A stretch of 43,518 nucleotides of DNA from a virus: IMG/VR virus record IMGVR_UViG_3300045988_069980. One strand, given 5' to 3'. The notes below the pieces were generated by a model. It saw only the letters and a program-made list of their open reading frames with translations. It was not told the origin of the DNA and made no database searches. The translations under genes were made by a program, and so were the position numbers. Of this stretch, positions 16,760-25,394 are shown one piece after another. Every line of letters begins with the position of its first letter. Within the stretch, counting starts at the first letter, position 1.

Positions 16760-17136
16760 TGGAATGCGAACTGTGTAAGTATGATGCGCTTTCGTTCAGT
16801 GATTATCCTTGCCGCGAATGCAAAAACACAGCGCGAACCGATTCGGAAGAATACAATGCGCGGCCGGATATGTTTGAACCGGCAACCAGCCAAGAACCCG
16901 AAGCGGAAAACGATGTTATCAATCATCCATCCCATTACACGCAGGGTGGGATTGAATGTATTGACGCAATGGAATCTGCCTTTGGAGCTGCCCAGCTTGC
17001 CGTGTACTGCAAAATTGCAGCGTTTAAGTATATCTGGCGCTGTGAGTATAAAAACGGCGCAGAGGACGTTAAAAAGGCCATCTGGTACATGAACAAATTT
17101 CTTGAATTGAAAGGTGATGCAAATGACGCAGTGTGA
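16756..17136 (+). CDS. DUF3310-domain protein
   Basis: INHPSHYTQGGIECIDAME...AAFKYIWRCEYKNGAEDVKKAIWYMN. Confidence 0.75.
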   Translation: MMECELCKYDALSFSDYPCRECKNTARTDSEEYNARPDMFEPATSQEPEAENDVINHPSHYTQGGIECIDAMESAFGAAQLAVYCKIAAFKYIWRCEYKNGAEDVKKAIWYMNKFLELKGDANDAV

Positions 17137-17350
17137 ACGCGTGCTGCGGCACATGAAAGACTATGGAAGTATCACGTCAGCAGAAGCCATGACCGAATAC
17201 GGAATTATGCGCCTTGCATCTCGTATCAGCGACCTGAAAAAGCTGGGCTTTCCAATCAGAAAAGAAATGGTCAGCGGCAAAAATCGCTATGGCGAACCTA
17301 CCAGCTACGCACAGTATTCAATTGTCGCAGCAGGTGATGCAGATGGCTGA
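17123..17350 (+). CDS. Winged-helix DNA-binding protein
   Basis: TQCERVLRHMKDYGSITSAEAMTEYGIMRLASRISDLKKLGFPI. Confidence 0.6.
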   Translation: MTQCERVLRHMKDYGSITSAEAMTEYGIMRLASRISDLKKLGFPIRKEMVSGKNRYGEPTSYAQYSIVAAGDADG

Positions 17351-18203
17351 TGTTAAGTGGATTAAGATCACCACCGATATGTTTGATAACCGGAAAATCA
17401 AGCATCTGCGGCGGCTTCCTGACGGTGACAGCATTGTCTTGATTTGGGTCATGCTTCTGACGTTGGCCGGAAGGTGCAATTCTGGCGGCATGATTTTTCT
17501 GACAGAAAACATCCCGTATACGCCGAAAATGCTTGCTGATGAACTGGATTTTGAAGAATCTACGGTTCAGCTTGCTTTGAATGCCCTTGAACAGCTCGGC
17601 ATGATTCAGACAAACGATAACGGTTTTCTTGCCGTCACTGGATGGGAAAAGCATCAAAACATCGAGGGCATGGAGAAAATCAGGGAAAGCAAGCGCCTTG
17701 CGCAAGCCCGGTGGAGAGCCAAGCAAACTGCGATAGCTGAAAAATCTACTGTAGATTCTACTGTAGATTCTACAAGAATCTCTGTAGACCATGCAGAAGA
17801 AGAAAAAGAAGAAGATAAGAATAAGAAGGAGAAAGAGAATAAGAGTGTAAGAGAAACCACACACACACTTTTCGTGCGGCTTCTTCCCGATTATCTTCTT
17901 TCTGATTCGCTTCAGGCCAAAATGGGCGAATGGGTCAAATATAAGACCGAGCGCAAAGAGCATTACAAAGAACAGGGTATGAAATCCCTTTTGCGTCAAG
18001 TTGAAAACAAGGCCATTCAATACGGCGATGATGCTGTTTGCAGCCTGATTGATGAATGCATGGCTAACAACTGGAAAGGTATTATTTTTGACCGGCTTCA
18101 GCAGAGCCAGAGGAAACCGGCTTCCGGTGGCTATCATCGGCAGACAAAGGCCGAAGAACTGAACGACTTTTACACTATGGCAGAGAATTGGAGTGAAACA
18201 TAA
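17343..18203 (+). CDS. Phage replisome organiser (N-terminal domain family)
   Basis: MADVKWIKITTDMFDNRKIKHLRRLPDGDSIVLIWVMLLTLAG. Confidence 0.8.
   Translation: MADVKWIKITTDMFDNRKIKHLRRLPDGDSIVLIWVMLLTLAGRCNSGGMIFLTENIPYTPKMLADELDFEESTVQLALNALEQLGMIQTNDNGFLAVTGWEKHQNIEGMEKIRESKRLAQARWRAKQTAIAEKSTVDSTVDSTRISVDHAEEEKEEDKNKKEKENKSVRETTHTLFVRLLPDYLLSDSLQAKMGEWVKYKTERKEHYKEQGMKSLLRQVENKAIQYGDDAVCSLIDECMANNWKGIIFDRLQQSQRKPASGGYHRQTKAEELNDFYTMAENWSET
17745..17789. repeat. Iteron-like repeats inside the replisome organiser gene (candidate ori)
   Basis: TCTACTGTAGAT occurs twice in tandem (17745-17768), and each unit contains the palindrome TCTAC-T-GTAGA. A third copy, TCTAC...GTAGA, has a 10-nt spacer. 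A purine-rich tract runs to about 17845. Confidence 0.5.
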
Positions 18204-18748
18204 TGGACAAAAAAGAATTTGCCCTGTTCGCGTCTGCCTTGCGTACCTATTACAGCAAAGAAAATCTTTTGCCCAACAGTCAAGCAATGGAACTGTGGTT
18301 TCGGCAGCTTATGGATATCCCCTATCCGGTTGCCGAAGCTACGCTGAATAAATGGGTGGCCACAAATAAATGGTCACCTTCCATTGCCGAAATCAGAGAG
18401 CTTGCCGCAGAAATCCAAAACGGCAAGCTCCCGGATTGGGGCGAAGCGTGGGAAGAAACCTGCAAAGCAATCAGCAGATACGGCTATTACAGGCCGAAAG
18501 AAGCGCTTTCGTCACTTAGCCCGTTGACACGGAAAACGGTTGAACGCCTTGGCTTTACAAATTTGTGCCTGTCGGAGAATCCAACAGCAGACCGGGCAAA
18601 TTTCCGGCAGTGTTATGAAATCGTGGCAAAGCGTGAACAGGAAGCGCAGGTGCTTTCGCTGCCGCTTCAGCAGATCATCCAGCAGCTATCTGACGGCATG
18701 GCACCAAATAGCGGACAGTCGCTTTTGACGGACAAAGAAAGGAACTAA
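18203..18748 (+). CDS. Replication protein (G40P-loader/inhibitor-like)
   Basis: ATAATG overlap with the organiser gene. FASALRTYYSKENLLPNSQAMELWFRQLMDIPY. Confidence 0.5.
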   Translation: MDKKEFALFASALRTYYSKENLLPNSQAMELWFRQLMDIPYPVAEATLNKWVATNKWSPSIAEIRELAAEIQNGKLPDWGEAWEETCKAISRYGYYRPKEALSSLSPLTRKTVERLGFTNLCLSENPTADRANFRQCYEIVAKREQEAQVLSLPLQQIIQQLSDGMAPNSGQSLLTDKERN

Positions 18749-18749
18749 T

Positions 18750-18905
18750 ATGAAAATTTTTGGCGATGCAGAAACCAAGAAAAAATTTGATAAGGGCGCG
18801 GCGTTCATTGTTTATAACACCGCGCGTGCGCTGCTTCTTTTCGCCGCTGGCTGGATTTTGAGCTTCATCCTGTGGCTTGTGTTTAAGCTGTTCGGCGTGG
18901 CGTGA
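18750..18905 (+). CDS. 51-aa membrane peptide
   Basis: TM segment ARALLLFAAGWILSFILWLVFKLF. RBS aaaggaa. Confidence 0.45.
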   Translation: MKIFGDAETKKKFDKGAAFIVYNTARALLLFAAGWILSFILWLVFKLFGVA

Positions 18906-18919
18906 GGGGGGCGAAAATA

Positions 18920-19054
18920 ATGCTTTGTGATACTTGCGTATTCTACCCGCCGAGCGCATCAGACGGGAAACCATGCTGTATGTGTGATACTGATGATGTG
19001 CTGTTTAACTGCTATCAACCGGTTTGTGAAAAGGAAGGTGCTGACAATGGCTGA
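18920..19054 (+). CDS. 44-aa Cys-rich peptide
   Basis: MLCDTCVFYPPSASDGKPCCMCDTDDVLFNCYQPVCEKEGADNG. Ends in the ATGGCTGA overlap. Confidence 0.4.
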   Translation: MLCDTCVFYPPSASDGKPCCMCDTDDVLFNCYQPVCEKEGADNG

Positions 19055-19298
19055 ATATAAATTGAAACCGTGCCCGTTTTGCGGTGGTAAAGCAAAGTTT
19101 TTGGTTAAACGTCATATGGAGCGCGGAATCGCGAGAGGATATTCTTTCGGCATCTACTGCACAAAATGTGATATCACAACACCGAAAACAAATTATATCA
19201 TCGAGTTTAGGCTTAATGACGGCGGTGAAATTGAAACAACTGTTGACGAACGTCTGCTTGCAATTGAATCGTGGAACAGGAGGGCTGACAATGGCTGA
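19047..19298 (+). CDS. Lar-family restriction-alleviation-like protein (second copy)
   Basis: MAEYKLKPCPFCGG...YCTKCD...ESWNRR. Confidence 0.65.
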   Translation: MAEYKLKPCPFCGGKAKFLVKRHMERGIARGYSFGIYCTKCDITTPKTNYIIEFRLNDGGEIETTVDERLLAIESWNRRADNG

Positions 19299-19635
19299 AT
19301 ACATTCTGCGGAGTTACATCCGAAAAATGGCGATGTTTGAAATGGCATACACGATGGAAACACAGACTGATGCTGCGGTTGTTCTCCGTTTGATTGAAGA
19401 CGTTCCCGCCGCCGACGTCGCGCCGGTGGTGCATGGGCGGTGGATTCCGCAGCATGAAAGCGAAATAACCGGATGGAATCCCGAATTTGCAGGGCGTGAC
19501 CCAATCGGAAGCTATATCTGTTCGGAGTGCAAGCACGAAGCGGTCTATGATTGCAATGATGAGTTTGTGTTATCGGAATACTGCCCTTACTGTGGGGTGA
19601 AGATGGACGGAGGTGCGGACGATGAGAAAGATTGA
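19291..19635 (+). CDS. Cys-rich hypothetical protein (VVHGRW family)
   Basis: ADVAPVVHGRWI...CSECKH...CPYCG. Confidence 0.6.
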   Translation: MAEYILRSYIRKMAMFEMAYTMETQTDAAVVLRLIEDVPAADVAPVVHGRWIPQHESEITGWNPEFAGRDPIGSYICSECKHEAVYDCNDEFVLSEYCPYCGVKMDGGADDEKD

Positions 19636-19828
19636 GCATTTTGTTTGCGAGATCTGTGGGACTGAGTACAGGGACAGATTAGCAGCCGTAAGCTGCGAGA
19701 AGTGTCATAAAACGCCGGTAGCAATCATCAAGTCGCGGTATGTGAGCAAATCGCAAAATGGCGCGGGCTACCCGGTAACGATTGAAATCCAAATGAGCGA
19801 CGGGACTTTCCAGACGTACAAGAGGTGA
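19622..19828 (+). CDS. Zinc-ribbon hypothetical protein
   Basis: FVCEICGTEY...SCEKCH. RBS ggaggtg. Confidence 0.55.
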   Translation: MRKIEHFVCEICGTEYRDRLAAVSCEKCHKTPVAIIKSRYVSKSQNGAGYPVTIEIQMSDGTFQTYKR

Positions 19829-19833
19829 AGCAA

Positions 19834-20097
19834 ATGAGGTTAATTGACGCGGAGGAGTTGGAGCGCCTATTTAACGAGCATGTAGAGCGCGGCGCGACTG
19901 ATTTGTTTGATGCGTTTGACGATGCACTGCAAGATGCGCAATCGGTTGACGCTGTTCCCGTGGTGCACTGCCGTCACTGCCGATTCTACAATAAGCCGCG
20001 GCTGGGATGGTGCTCAGTCCACCTCGACCGCGAAGGTCCGGACGATTTTTGTGGCTACGGAGCGAGAATGGACGGTGATAGTGATGCGGTTGATTGA
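19834..20097 (+). CDS. Cys-rich hypothetical protein (RLIDAEEL paralogue)
   Basis: MRLIDAEEL...VDAVPVVHCRHCRF...DDFCGYG. Confidence 0.6.
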   Translation: MRLIDAEELERLFNEHVERGATDLFDAFDDALQDAQSVDAVPVVHCRHCRFYNKPRLGWCSVHLDREGPDDFCGYGARMDGDSDAVD

Positions 20098-20377
20098 CGC
20101 TGATGCATTAGAACTTAGATACGAGTTCGGATATGACCATTATGGGATTCTGTGTGTTCCGCTCCGAGACGTAAACGAATCAATCAAAAAGGCAAAAACT
20201 GTAGACGCTGTGCCTATTGTACGGTGTAGGGATTGCAAGCACTTCCGGGTATACATCGGGCGCGATATGTGCGCCCAAAATGTGAAATTGCTTGGCGGCC
20301 GCGAAGTTGGGCTGTGCGCAACCGGGAAAGACGATTTCTGTAACTATGGAGAAAGGAAAGAAAAAGAAAATGATTAA
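20084..20377 (+). CDS. Cys-rich hypothetical protein (RLIDADAL paralogue)
   Basis: MRLIDADAL...VDAVPIVRCRDCKHF...DDFCNYG. Confidence 0.6.
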   Translation: MRLIDADALELRYEFGYDHYGILCVPLRDVNESIKKAKTVDAVPIVRCRDCKHFRVYIGRDMCAQNVKLLGGREVGLCATGKDDFCNYGERKEKEND

Positions 20378-20675
20378 CGCAAAAGGCGAGGTTATTTACA
20401 CAAACGCAGAAATAGCTTACGAGGTTGGTCTTACACCGGCAACGATAAATGCTGTTGGTAAGCGTCTGTTTGGTAATGGACGAATTCCGCATTGGACACT
20501 TAATGACGCGATGCTGATTGTTAAATATATCAAGTCTATTTCCATCGAAGAAGATGCACAAAGGCTGTCCATTCTACATGATGCCGTACATGAAATCATG
20601 GGAAATTGCAAGCTGGATGCTGCCGACACAAGAAAACGTGTAGACAAAGATATTCATCTTATGTCGAAAGGATGA
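20370..20675 (+). CDS. Hypothetical protein
   Basis: ATG 20370 overlaps the upstream stop. The alternative start at 20346 is possible. Confidence 0.5.
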   Translation: MINAKGEVIYTNAEIAYEVGLTPATINAVGKRLFGNGRIPHWTLNDAMLIVKYIKSISIEEDAQRLSILHDAVHEIMGNCKLDAADTRKRVDKDIHLMSKG

Positions 20676-20947
20676 AGCACGAAATGAACGATAAAATTCC
20701 ATTTGCGAAAATGCTGGAAGATGGAATCAAAAAGCTGACAGAAGGTAAAGCGCAGAACGCAGTTTTGTGCGGGCTGCTGGAAGATGGCACAACGTGTGTT
20801 GCCTACGCAAATGCATCACCTGAAGATTTGGCGAACATTGCGTGTCATCTGCTGTCCGAAGCGTTTATGCGAACGGTTATTGTCAACATCGACATGGTAA
20901 AAGATGCCCTTGACGAATATGAAGGCGAAGAAGGTGAAGCGGAATGA
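20672..20947 (+). CDS. Small acidic hypothetical protein
   Basis: Ends DEYEGEEGEAE. ATGA-type overlaps on both sides. Confidence 0.5.
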   Translation: MKHEMNDKIPFAKMLEDGIKKLTEGKAQNAVLCGLLEDGTTCVAYANASPEDLANIACHLLSEAFMRTVIVNIDMVKDALDEYEGEEGEAE

Positions 20948-21165
20948 CAAGGGGCGAATATATGCGCATGGCACGAAACAGTGCGAAGCTGTCAGCAGCA
21001 CAGCTTTCAGTGATGTCCGGGGTTCCAGTGTGCACTATTAGATCGCTTGAATGTAACGTAAGCCGCTCCGGGCGGATTGACACGCTGGAATTGCTTGCAG
21101 ATGCGCTTGGAATCAGTATTGACGAATATGTCGGGCACAAGGTCATGGTGAAACAGCATGCCTAA
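20944..21165 (+). CDS. XRE-family HTH protein
   Basis: AAQLSVMSGVPVCTIRSLECN...LELLADALGISIDEY. Confidence 0.7.
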   Translation: MTRGEYMRMARNSAKLSAAQLSVMSGVPVCTIRSLECNVSRSGRIDTLELLADALGISIDEYVGHKVMVKQHA

Positions 21166-21475
21166 AAACAAAGGAATTTACCGCCTGTTTCGCACAAAAG
21201 CGGAATATGATTGGCACAACGAAAACATACGGCACGTCACAAGGGTTCTAACGCTTGACTATGTAACTGTTGCGCTTGGCAGAATGGGCTTCCGTGAAAG
21301 CAAATTCGCAGAGTTTGAAAGGGTATTTTCGGAAGTATATCAAGAATACATGGAAAGCTTTGCGGATGATCTGAAAGATGATAAGGAAATGGTTTATAGC
21401 CGTGCCGTGCTCGACAGGGAGCTGAAGCAATATGTCGGTAAGCTTTTTGCACCGGCTGAAGAACGATACCGATAG
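21158..21475 (+). CDS. Hypothetical protein
   Basis: Overlaps the upstream stop. Coding-like composition. Confidence 0.5.
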   Translation: MPKNKGIYRLFRTKAEYDWHNENIRHVTRVLTLDYVTVALGRMGFRESKFAEFERVFSEVYQEYMESFADDLKDDKEMVYSRAVLDRELKQYVGKLFAPAEERYR

Positions 21476-21490
21476 AAAGAAGGTGGTAGT

Positions 21491-21916
21491 TTGCTGGATT
21501 CACCAAAGAAATATCTTCAACAGATCAGGCTTTATGATTCGCATATCAACACGAAGCTGGAAGATTTGCATCAACTGAAAGAAATGGTAACAAAAATCAC
21601 GCCAACATTGAAGGATGATGTTGTTTCTGGCGGGGGCAATCAGGACAAGCTTGGTGATGCGATTGCAAAGATCGTTGACCTTGAAGCGGATATTGACCGG
21701 GATATTGACCGATATGTTGCAGCGAAGCAGGAAATCAGCGCCACGTTGGATAAGCTGACTGACCCTGACCAATTACAGGTATTGCATATGCGCTACGTGC
21801 AAAACAAGACGTGGGAACAGATCGCTTGCAATATGGGCTTTTCGTATCGCTGGGTTTGCACCATTCATGGTAGGGCGTTGCAGCAAATCGATAAAATTTT
21901 GAAAAACACACAATAG
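21491..21916 (+). CDS. ArpU/RinA-type late transcription activator (sigma region-4-like)
   Basis: TTG start after gaaggtgg. C-terminus LHMRYVQNKTWEQIACNMGFSYRWVCTIHGRALQQI. Last gene before the terminase. Confidence 0.6.
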   Translation: MLDSPKKYLQQIRLYDSHINTKLEDLHQLKEMVTKITPTLKDDVVSGGGNQDKLGDAIAKIVDLEADIDRDIDRYVAAKQEISATLDKLTDPDQLQVLHMRYVQNKTWEQIACNMGFSYRWVCTIHGRALQQIDKILKNTQ

Positions 21917-21981
21917 TACATAGAAGTACATAATTATAGTGTGATATTATTATACTGCAATAGTAAACAAGATATTCTTCC

Positions 21982-22022
21982 AAGCCTGACAGGTTCATTC
22001 TTCTTCCCTGTCAGGCTTTTTT
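21982..22022 (+). terminator. Rho-independent terminator ending the early operon
   Basis: 12-bp stem AAGCCTGACAGG/CCTGTCAGGCTT followed by TTTTTT. Confidence 0.85.
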
Positions 22023-22099
22023 AATTTCAAAAATGGCTGTTTTTGAAATTGAAAGCGTGAAAAGCTTCGTTTAATTATAATTTTCAGCATTGAAAGGCG

Positions 22100-22552
22100 G
22101 TGATGATTGTGGCGAAGTTAACAGCAAAACAGCAGCGTTTTTGTGATGAATATCTGATTGACCTGAATGCTACACAGGCTGCAATCAGAGCCGGGTATTC
22201 AAAAAAGACAGCGGGAAGAATCGGAACTGAAAACGTTCAAAAACCTGTAATTAAAGAGTACATAGCCCAAAGGATGGCCGAAAAGGAAAGCGCGCTGATT
22301 GCAGATCAGGACGAAGTGTTGAAGTATTTGACATCTGTTCTGCGTGGTGAAAGTCAGTCAGAGGAAATTGTTGTCGAAGGTATAGGTGACGGATGCAGCG
22401 AAGCAAGAACGATGCAGAAAGCGCCGTCCGAAAAGGATAGGCTGAAAGCTGCTGAACTTCTGGGCAAGCGTTATGGGCTGTACACTGATAGGGTCGAAGC
22501 TGATGTTGACATGGATTTGAACATCACGGTGGATTACGGTGATGACGGATGA
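22100..22552 (+). CDS. terS: Terminase small subunit (Terminase_2/P27 type)
   Basis: LTAKQQRFCDEYLIDLNATQAAIRAGYSKKTA. The start is ambiguous (GTG 22100, ATG 22103 or GTG 22109). Confidence 0.85.
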   Translation: MMIVAKLTAKQQRFCDEYLIDLNATQAAIRAGYSKKTAGRIGTENVQKPVIKEYIAQRMAEKESALIADQDEVLKYLTSVLRGESQSEEIVVEGIGDGCSEARTMQKAPSEKDRLKAAELLGKRYGLYTDRVEADVDMDLNITVDYGDDG

Positions 22553-23781
22553 ACATTAAAGTTCAAGCAAATCCATGTTTTAAGGAAGTTGACCAAAGCC
22601 GCAAACGCTACATCGTTATGCGTGGGTCGGCTGGTTCCGGGAAGTCCGTTGATACGGCGCAAAATTACATCCTACGACTGATGCGTGATAAGGGCAGGAA
22701 TCTTGTCTGCATCCGCAAATCAGACATCACAAACCGCGACAGCACTTTTGCAGAGCTGACCGGCGCTATTTACCGTATGTTTGGAGATCAAGCGGAACGG
22801 TACTGGCAAATCAATATGTCCCCTTTGCAGCTCACCTGCAAGGCCAACGGAAACAAGATCATCTTCAGGGGCATGAACGATGACAAGCAGCGTGAAAAGC
22901 TGAAGTCCATCACATTCCAGCGCGGCAAGCTGACTGATGTATGGTGCGAGGAAGCAACGGAGCTGACACAGGCTGATGTTGAAATCATAGATGACCGTTT
23001 GCGTGGCGAATTGCCGCCCGGTCAGTTTTATCAGATCAGAATGACCTTCAATCCGGTGAACAAGAATCACTGGATTAAGAAGGTCTTTTTTGATATGCCG
23101 GATGACAATGTTCTGACACACCATAGCACCTACCTGATGAACCGCTTCATAGATGACGCTTATAAAGCCCGTATGGAGCGCAGGAAGGTCGTTGACCCTG
23201 AAGGTTATCAGATATACGGTCTGGGCGAATGGGGCGAAATAGGCGGCTTAATTCTCCATAATTGGGAGGTTAAAGAGGTTAGCCGGAACCTGAACGATTA
23301 TGACGATATTGCCATAGGCCAGGACTTCGGATTTAACCACGCCAACGCTGTTCTGTTGCTTGGAATCAAGGACGATGATATTCATATTTTGTCTGAAATC
23401 TATGTCTTTGAGAAGGACACTTCAGAGATCATCCAGCTTGCAAAGGACATAGATGTCCCGGACAAAAAGCAAATGTGGTGTGATTCCGCAGAGCCGGACA
23501 GAATCAAGATGTGGCAGAAAGCCGGATTCCGCGCAAGAGGCGTGGACAAGGGCGGTTCTGCCGGGTCAGTCAAAGCACAGATTGACTGGCTGAAGCAGCG
23601 AAAAATATATGTCCATCCGCATTGCGTGAATACCATCAAGGAGTTGCAGCAATGGAAGTGGAAGAAGGATGAGAGAACCGGCGAATACCTTGACGAGCCT
23701 GTCCCCTTCCAAGATGACGCAATGGCGGCTTTGCGCTATGGCGTTGAGGGCTGGCGCAAGCTGAAGAAATGGATTTACTGA
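22549..23781 (+). CDS. terL: Terminase large subunit, PBSX family
   Basis: Walker A RGSAGSGKS and a C-terminal nuclease region. ATGA overlap with terS. Confidence 0.9.
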   Translation: MNIKVQANPCFKEVDQSRKRYIVMRGSAGSGKSVDTAQNYILRLMRDKGRNLVCIRKSDITNRDSTFAELTGAIYRMFGDQAERYWQINMSPLQLTCKANGNKIIFRGMNDDKQREKLKSITFQRGKLTDVWCEEATELTQADVEIIDDRLRGELPPGQFYQIRMTFNPVNKNHWIKKVFFDMPDDNVLTHHSTYLMNRFIDDAYKARMERRKVVDPEGYQIYGLGEWGEIGGLILHNWEVKEVSRNLNDYDDIAIGQDFGFNHANAVLLLGIKDDDIHILSEIYVFEKDTSEIIQLAKDIDVPDKKQMWCDSAEPDRIKMWQKAGFRARGVDKGGSAGSVKAQIDWLKQRKIYVHPHCVNTIKELQQWKWKKDERTGEYLDEPVPFQDDAMAALRYGVEGWRKLKKWIY

Positions 23782-23923
23782 GATAGCAGCGCAAAAGCAC
23801 CAGCGGCGGCAATTTCGACCATCTGGTTGCTGTTGTAAAATACTGTACTCCTTTGGGGCGCTTGATAGGTAAAGCGCCTATGGCGCTGCGCTGTTATCTT
23901 TTTGATTGAAAGGGGCGATTGTT

Positions 23924-25366
23924 ATGCTTACGCCAAGCGAAATTAGAACGTTCATTGACAACGATGCAGTTTCCACTCGAAAGCAGCTTGCGAAAGTTGG
24001 CTTGCGGTACTACGAGGGCAAGCACGACATCAAGGATTATCGTATTTTTTACATAGACGGAAACGGCGAGGTCAAAGAAGATAAGACGAAAAGCAATATC
24101 CGCATTTCGCATCCGTTCTTCACCGAAATTGTTGACCAAATCGTTCCGTATATCCTATCTGGCAAGGATAGGCTGATTAAGTCCGATGACCCTTCCTTGC
24201 AGGAACAGCTTGACACGTATTTTAACAACAACGATGAATTCATGGCAGAGCTGGCCGACACGATTACCGGCGTACAGTCCAAAGGTTTTGACTGGATGTT
24301 TGCCAACAAGGACGAGGACGGCAAGACCCGCTTCCAGTGGGCTGACTGCATGGGTGTTGTCGAGTGTGAAGCAAAGTACACGTCGGATAAGCGGCGCTAT
24401 GTGATCTACTACTACGAAGATAAAATTGACAATGAAGGAAACAGAATCGACAATATCCGGGTTTATGATAACAAAAATGTGTGGTTTTTCACATGCATCA
24501 ACGGCGGCGAAATCAAGCCGGACGAGACTGTAAAGCCAAATCCGCAGCCGCACAGCGTTTTTCAGATGGACGGCAACGGGAAAATGGGCGGCATGGGCTA
24601 CGGCTTCATTCCGTTCTTCCGGATGGACAACAACAAAAAGCGCGTGTCCGCTCTGCCGCCTATCAAAGACCTGATTGACGATTACGATCTTATGAACGCG
24701 GGGCTGTCCAATAACATTCAGGACACGAACGAAGCGCTGTATGTGGTCAGGGGCTTTCAGGGGGACAATCTCGACGAGCTGATGACCAACATCAAGGCAA
24801 AGAAGCATATCGGACTTGACGATGACGGCGGTGTTGACATCCAGACCGTTGACATCCCGGTTGAAGCTCGGAAAACGAAGATGGAAGTTGACGAAAAGAA
24901 CATCTATCGTTTTGGCTTTGCGCTGAATACTGCTGGCCTGAAGGACACAGCGGCCACTACAAACCTTGCTATTCAGTCGGCCTATTCCCTGCTGGAACTT
25001 CGTGCAAAGAAGCTTGAAAACCGTCTGAAGCCGTTTCTGCGCAAGCTGATTGACGTTGTACTGAAAGAAGTCAACGAAGAAAACGGTTCAGGCTACACAC
25101 AGAATGACGTTTATTTCTGTTTTGAGCGCGAAATTCCGACCAATGCGCAGGAAAACGCGCAGATTGAGCTTGTGGAAGCCCAGCGCAAGCAGACGGAAAT
25201 CACTACGATTCTGAACCTTGCCGGGACGATTGATGATGAAACCAAGCTGCAACTGATTTGCGAACAATTAGACTTGGATTACACAATGCTGAAAGATAAG
25301 TTCCCGAAAGCGGACGAAGAAACAGCAGCAGCGCAAGAACTTCTAAACGGCATTTCAGAAGAATAA
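23924..25366 (+). CDS. Portal protein, SPP1 Gp6-like
   Basis: MLTPSEIRTFIDNDAVSTRKQLAKVGLRYYEGKHDI. Size and position fit a portal. Confidence 0.85.
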   Translation: MLTPSEIRTFIDNDAVSTRKQLAKVGLRYYEGKHDIKDYRIFYIDGNGEVKEDKTKSNIRISHPFFTEIVDQIVPYILSGKDRLIKSDDPSLQEQLDTYFNNNDEFMAELADTITGVQSKGFDWMFANKDEDGKTRFQWADCMGVVECEAKYTSDKRRYVIYYYEDKIDNEGNRIDNIRVYDNKNVWFFTCINGGEIKPDETVKPNPQPHSVFQMDGNGKMGGMGYGFIPFFRMDNNKKRVSALPPIKDLIDDYDLMNAGLSNNIQDTNEALYVVRGFQGDNLDELMTNIKAKKHIGLDDDGGVDIQTVDIPVEARKTKMEVDEKNIYRFGFALNTAGLKDTAATTNLAIQSAYSLLELRAKKLENRLKPFLRKLIDVVLKEVNEENGSGYTQNDVYFCFEREIPTNAQENAQIELVEAQRKQTEITTILNLAGTIDDETKLQLICEQLDLDYTMLKDKFPKADEETAAAQELLNGISEE

Positions 25367-25394
25367 AAAAGAGGACTTTTCAGCCCTCTTTTTT
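25365..25394. terminator. Bidirectional terminator between the portal gene and RHH-B
   Basis: Stem AAGAGG/CCTCTT plus a C-G pair, flanked by an A-run and a T-run. Confidence 0.55.

Noticed and set aside
21915-21932. AGTACATA occurs twice, 10 bp apart, just after the late-activator gene. It matches the core of the cassette operator (4666-4673).
   Set aside because: An 8-mer is expected about once by chance in a genome of this size on two strands. The flanking TTGCG part of the operator is absent. Noted only as a possible weak link.
22043-22081. Tandem TTGAAA boxes and a TATAAT upstream of terS, considered as a canonical late promoter.
   Set aside because: The spacing from either TTGAAA box to the TATAAT (21 or 27 nt) is not sigma-70-like. 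The promoter is probably activator-dependent, so it was not annotated as a defined promoter.
23782-23923. A 142-nt TerL-portal intergenic region with GC-rich hairpins (GGCGCTT/AAGCGCC) and possible long-range pairing. Considered as a tRNA or a structured RNA.
   Set aside because: No tRNA cloverleaf, T-loop (GTTCRA) or anticodon arm could be built by eye, and no T-run terminator is present. Evidence is insufficient without folding and covariation analysis.
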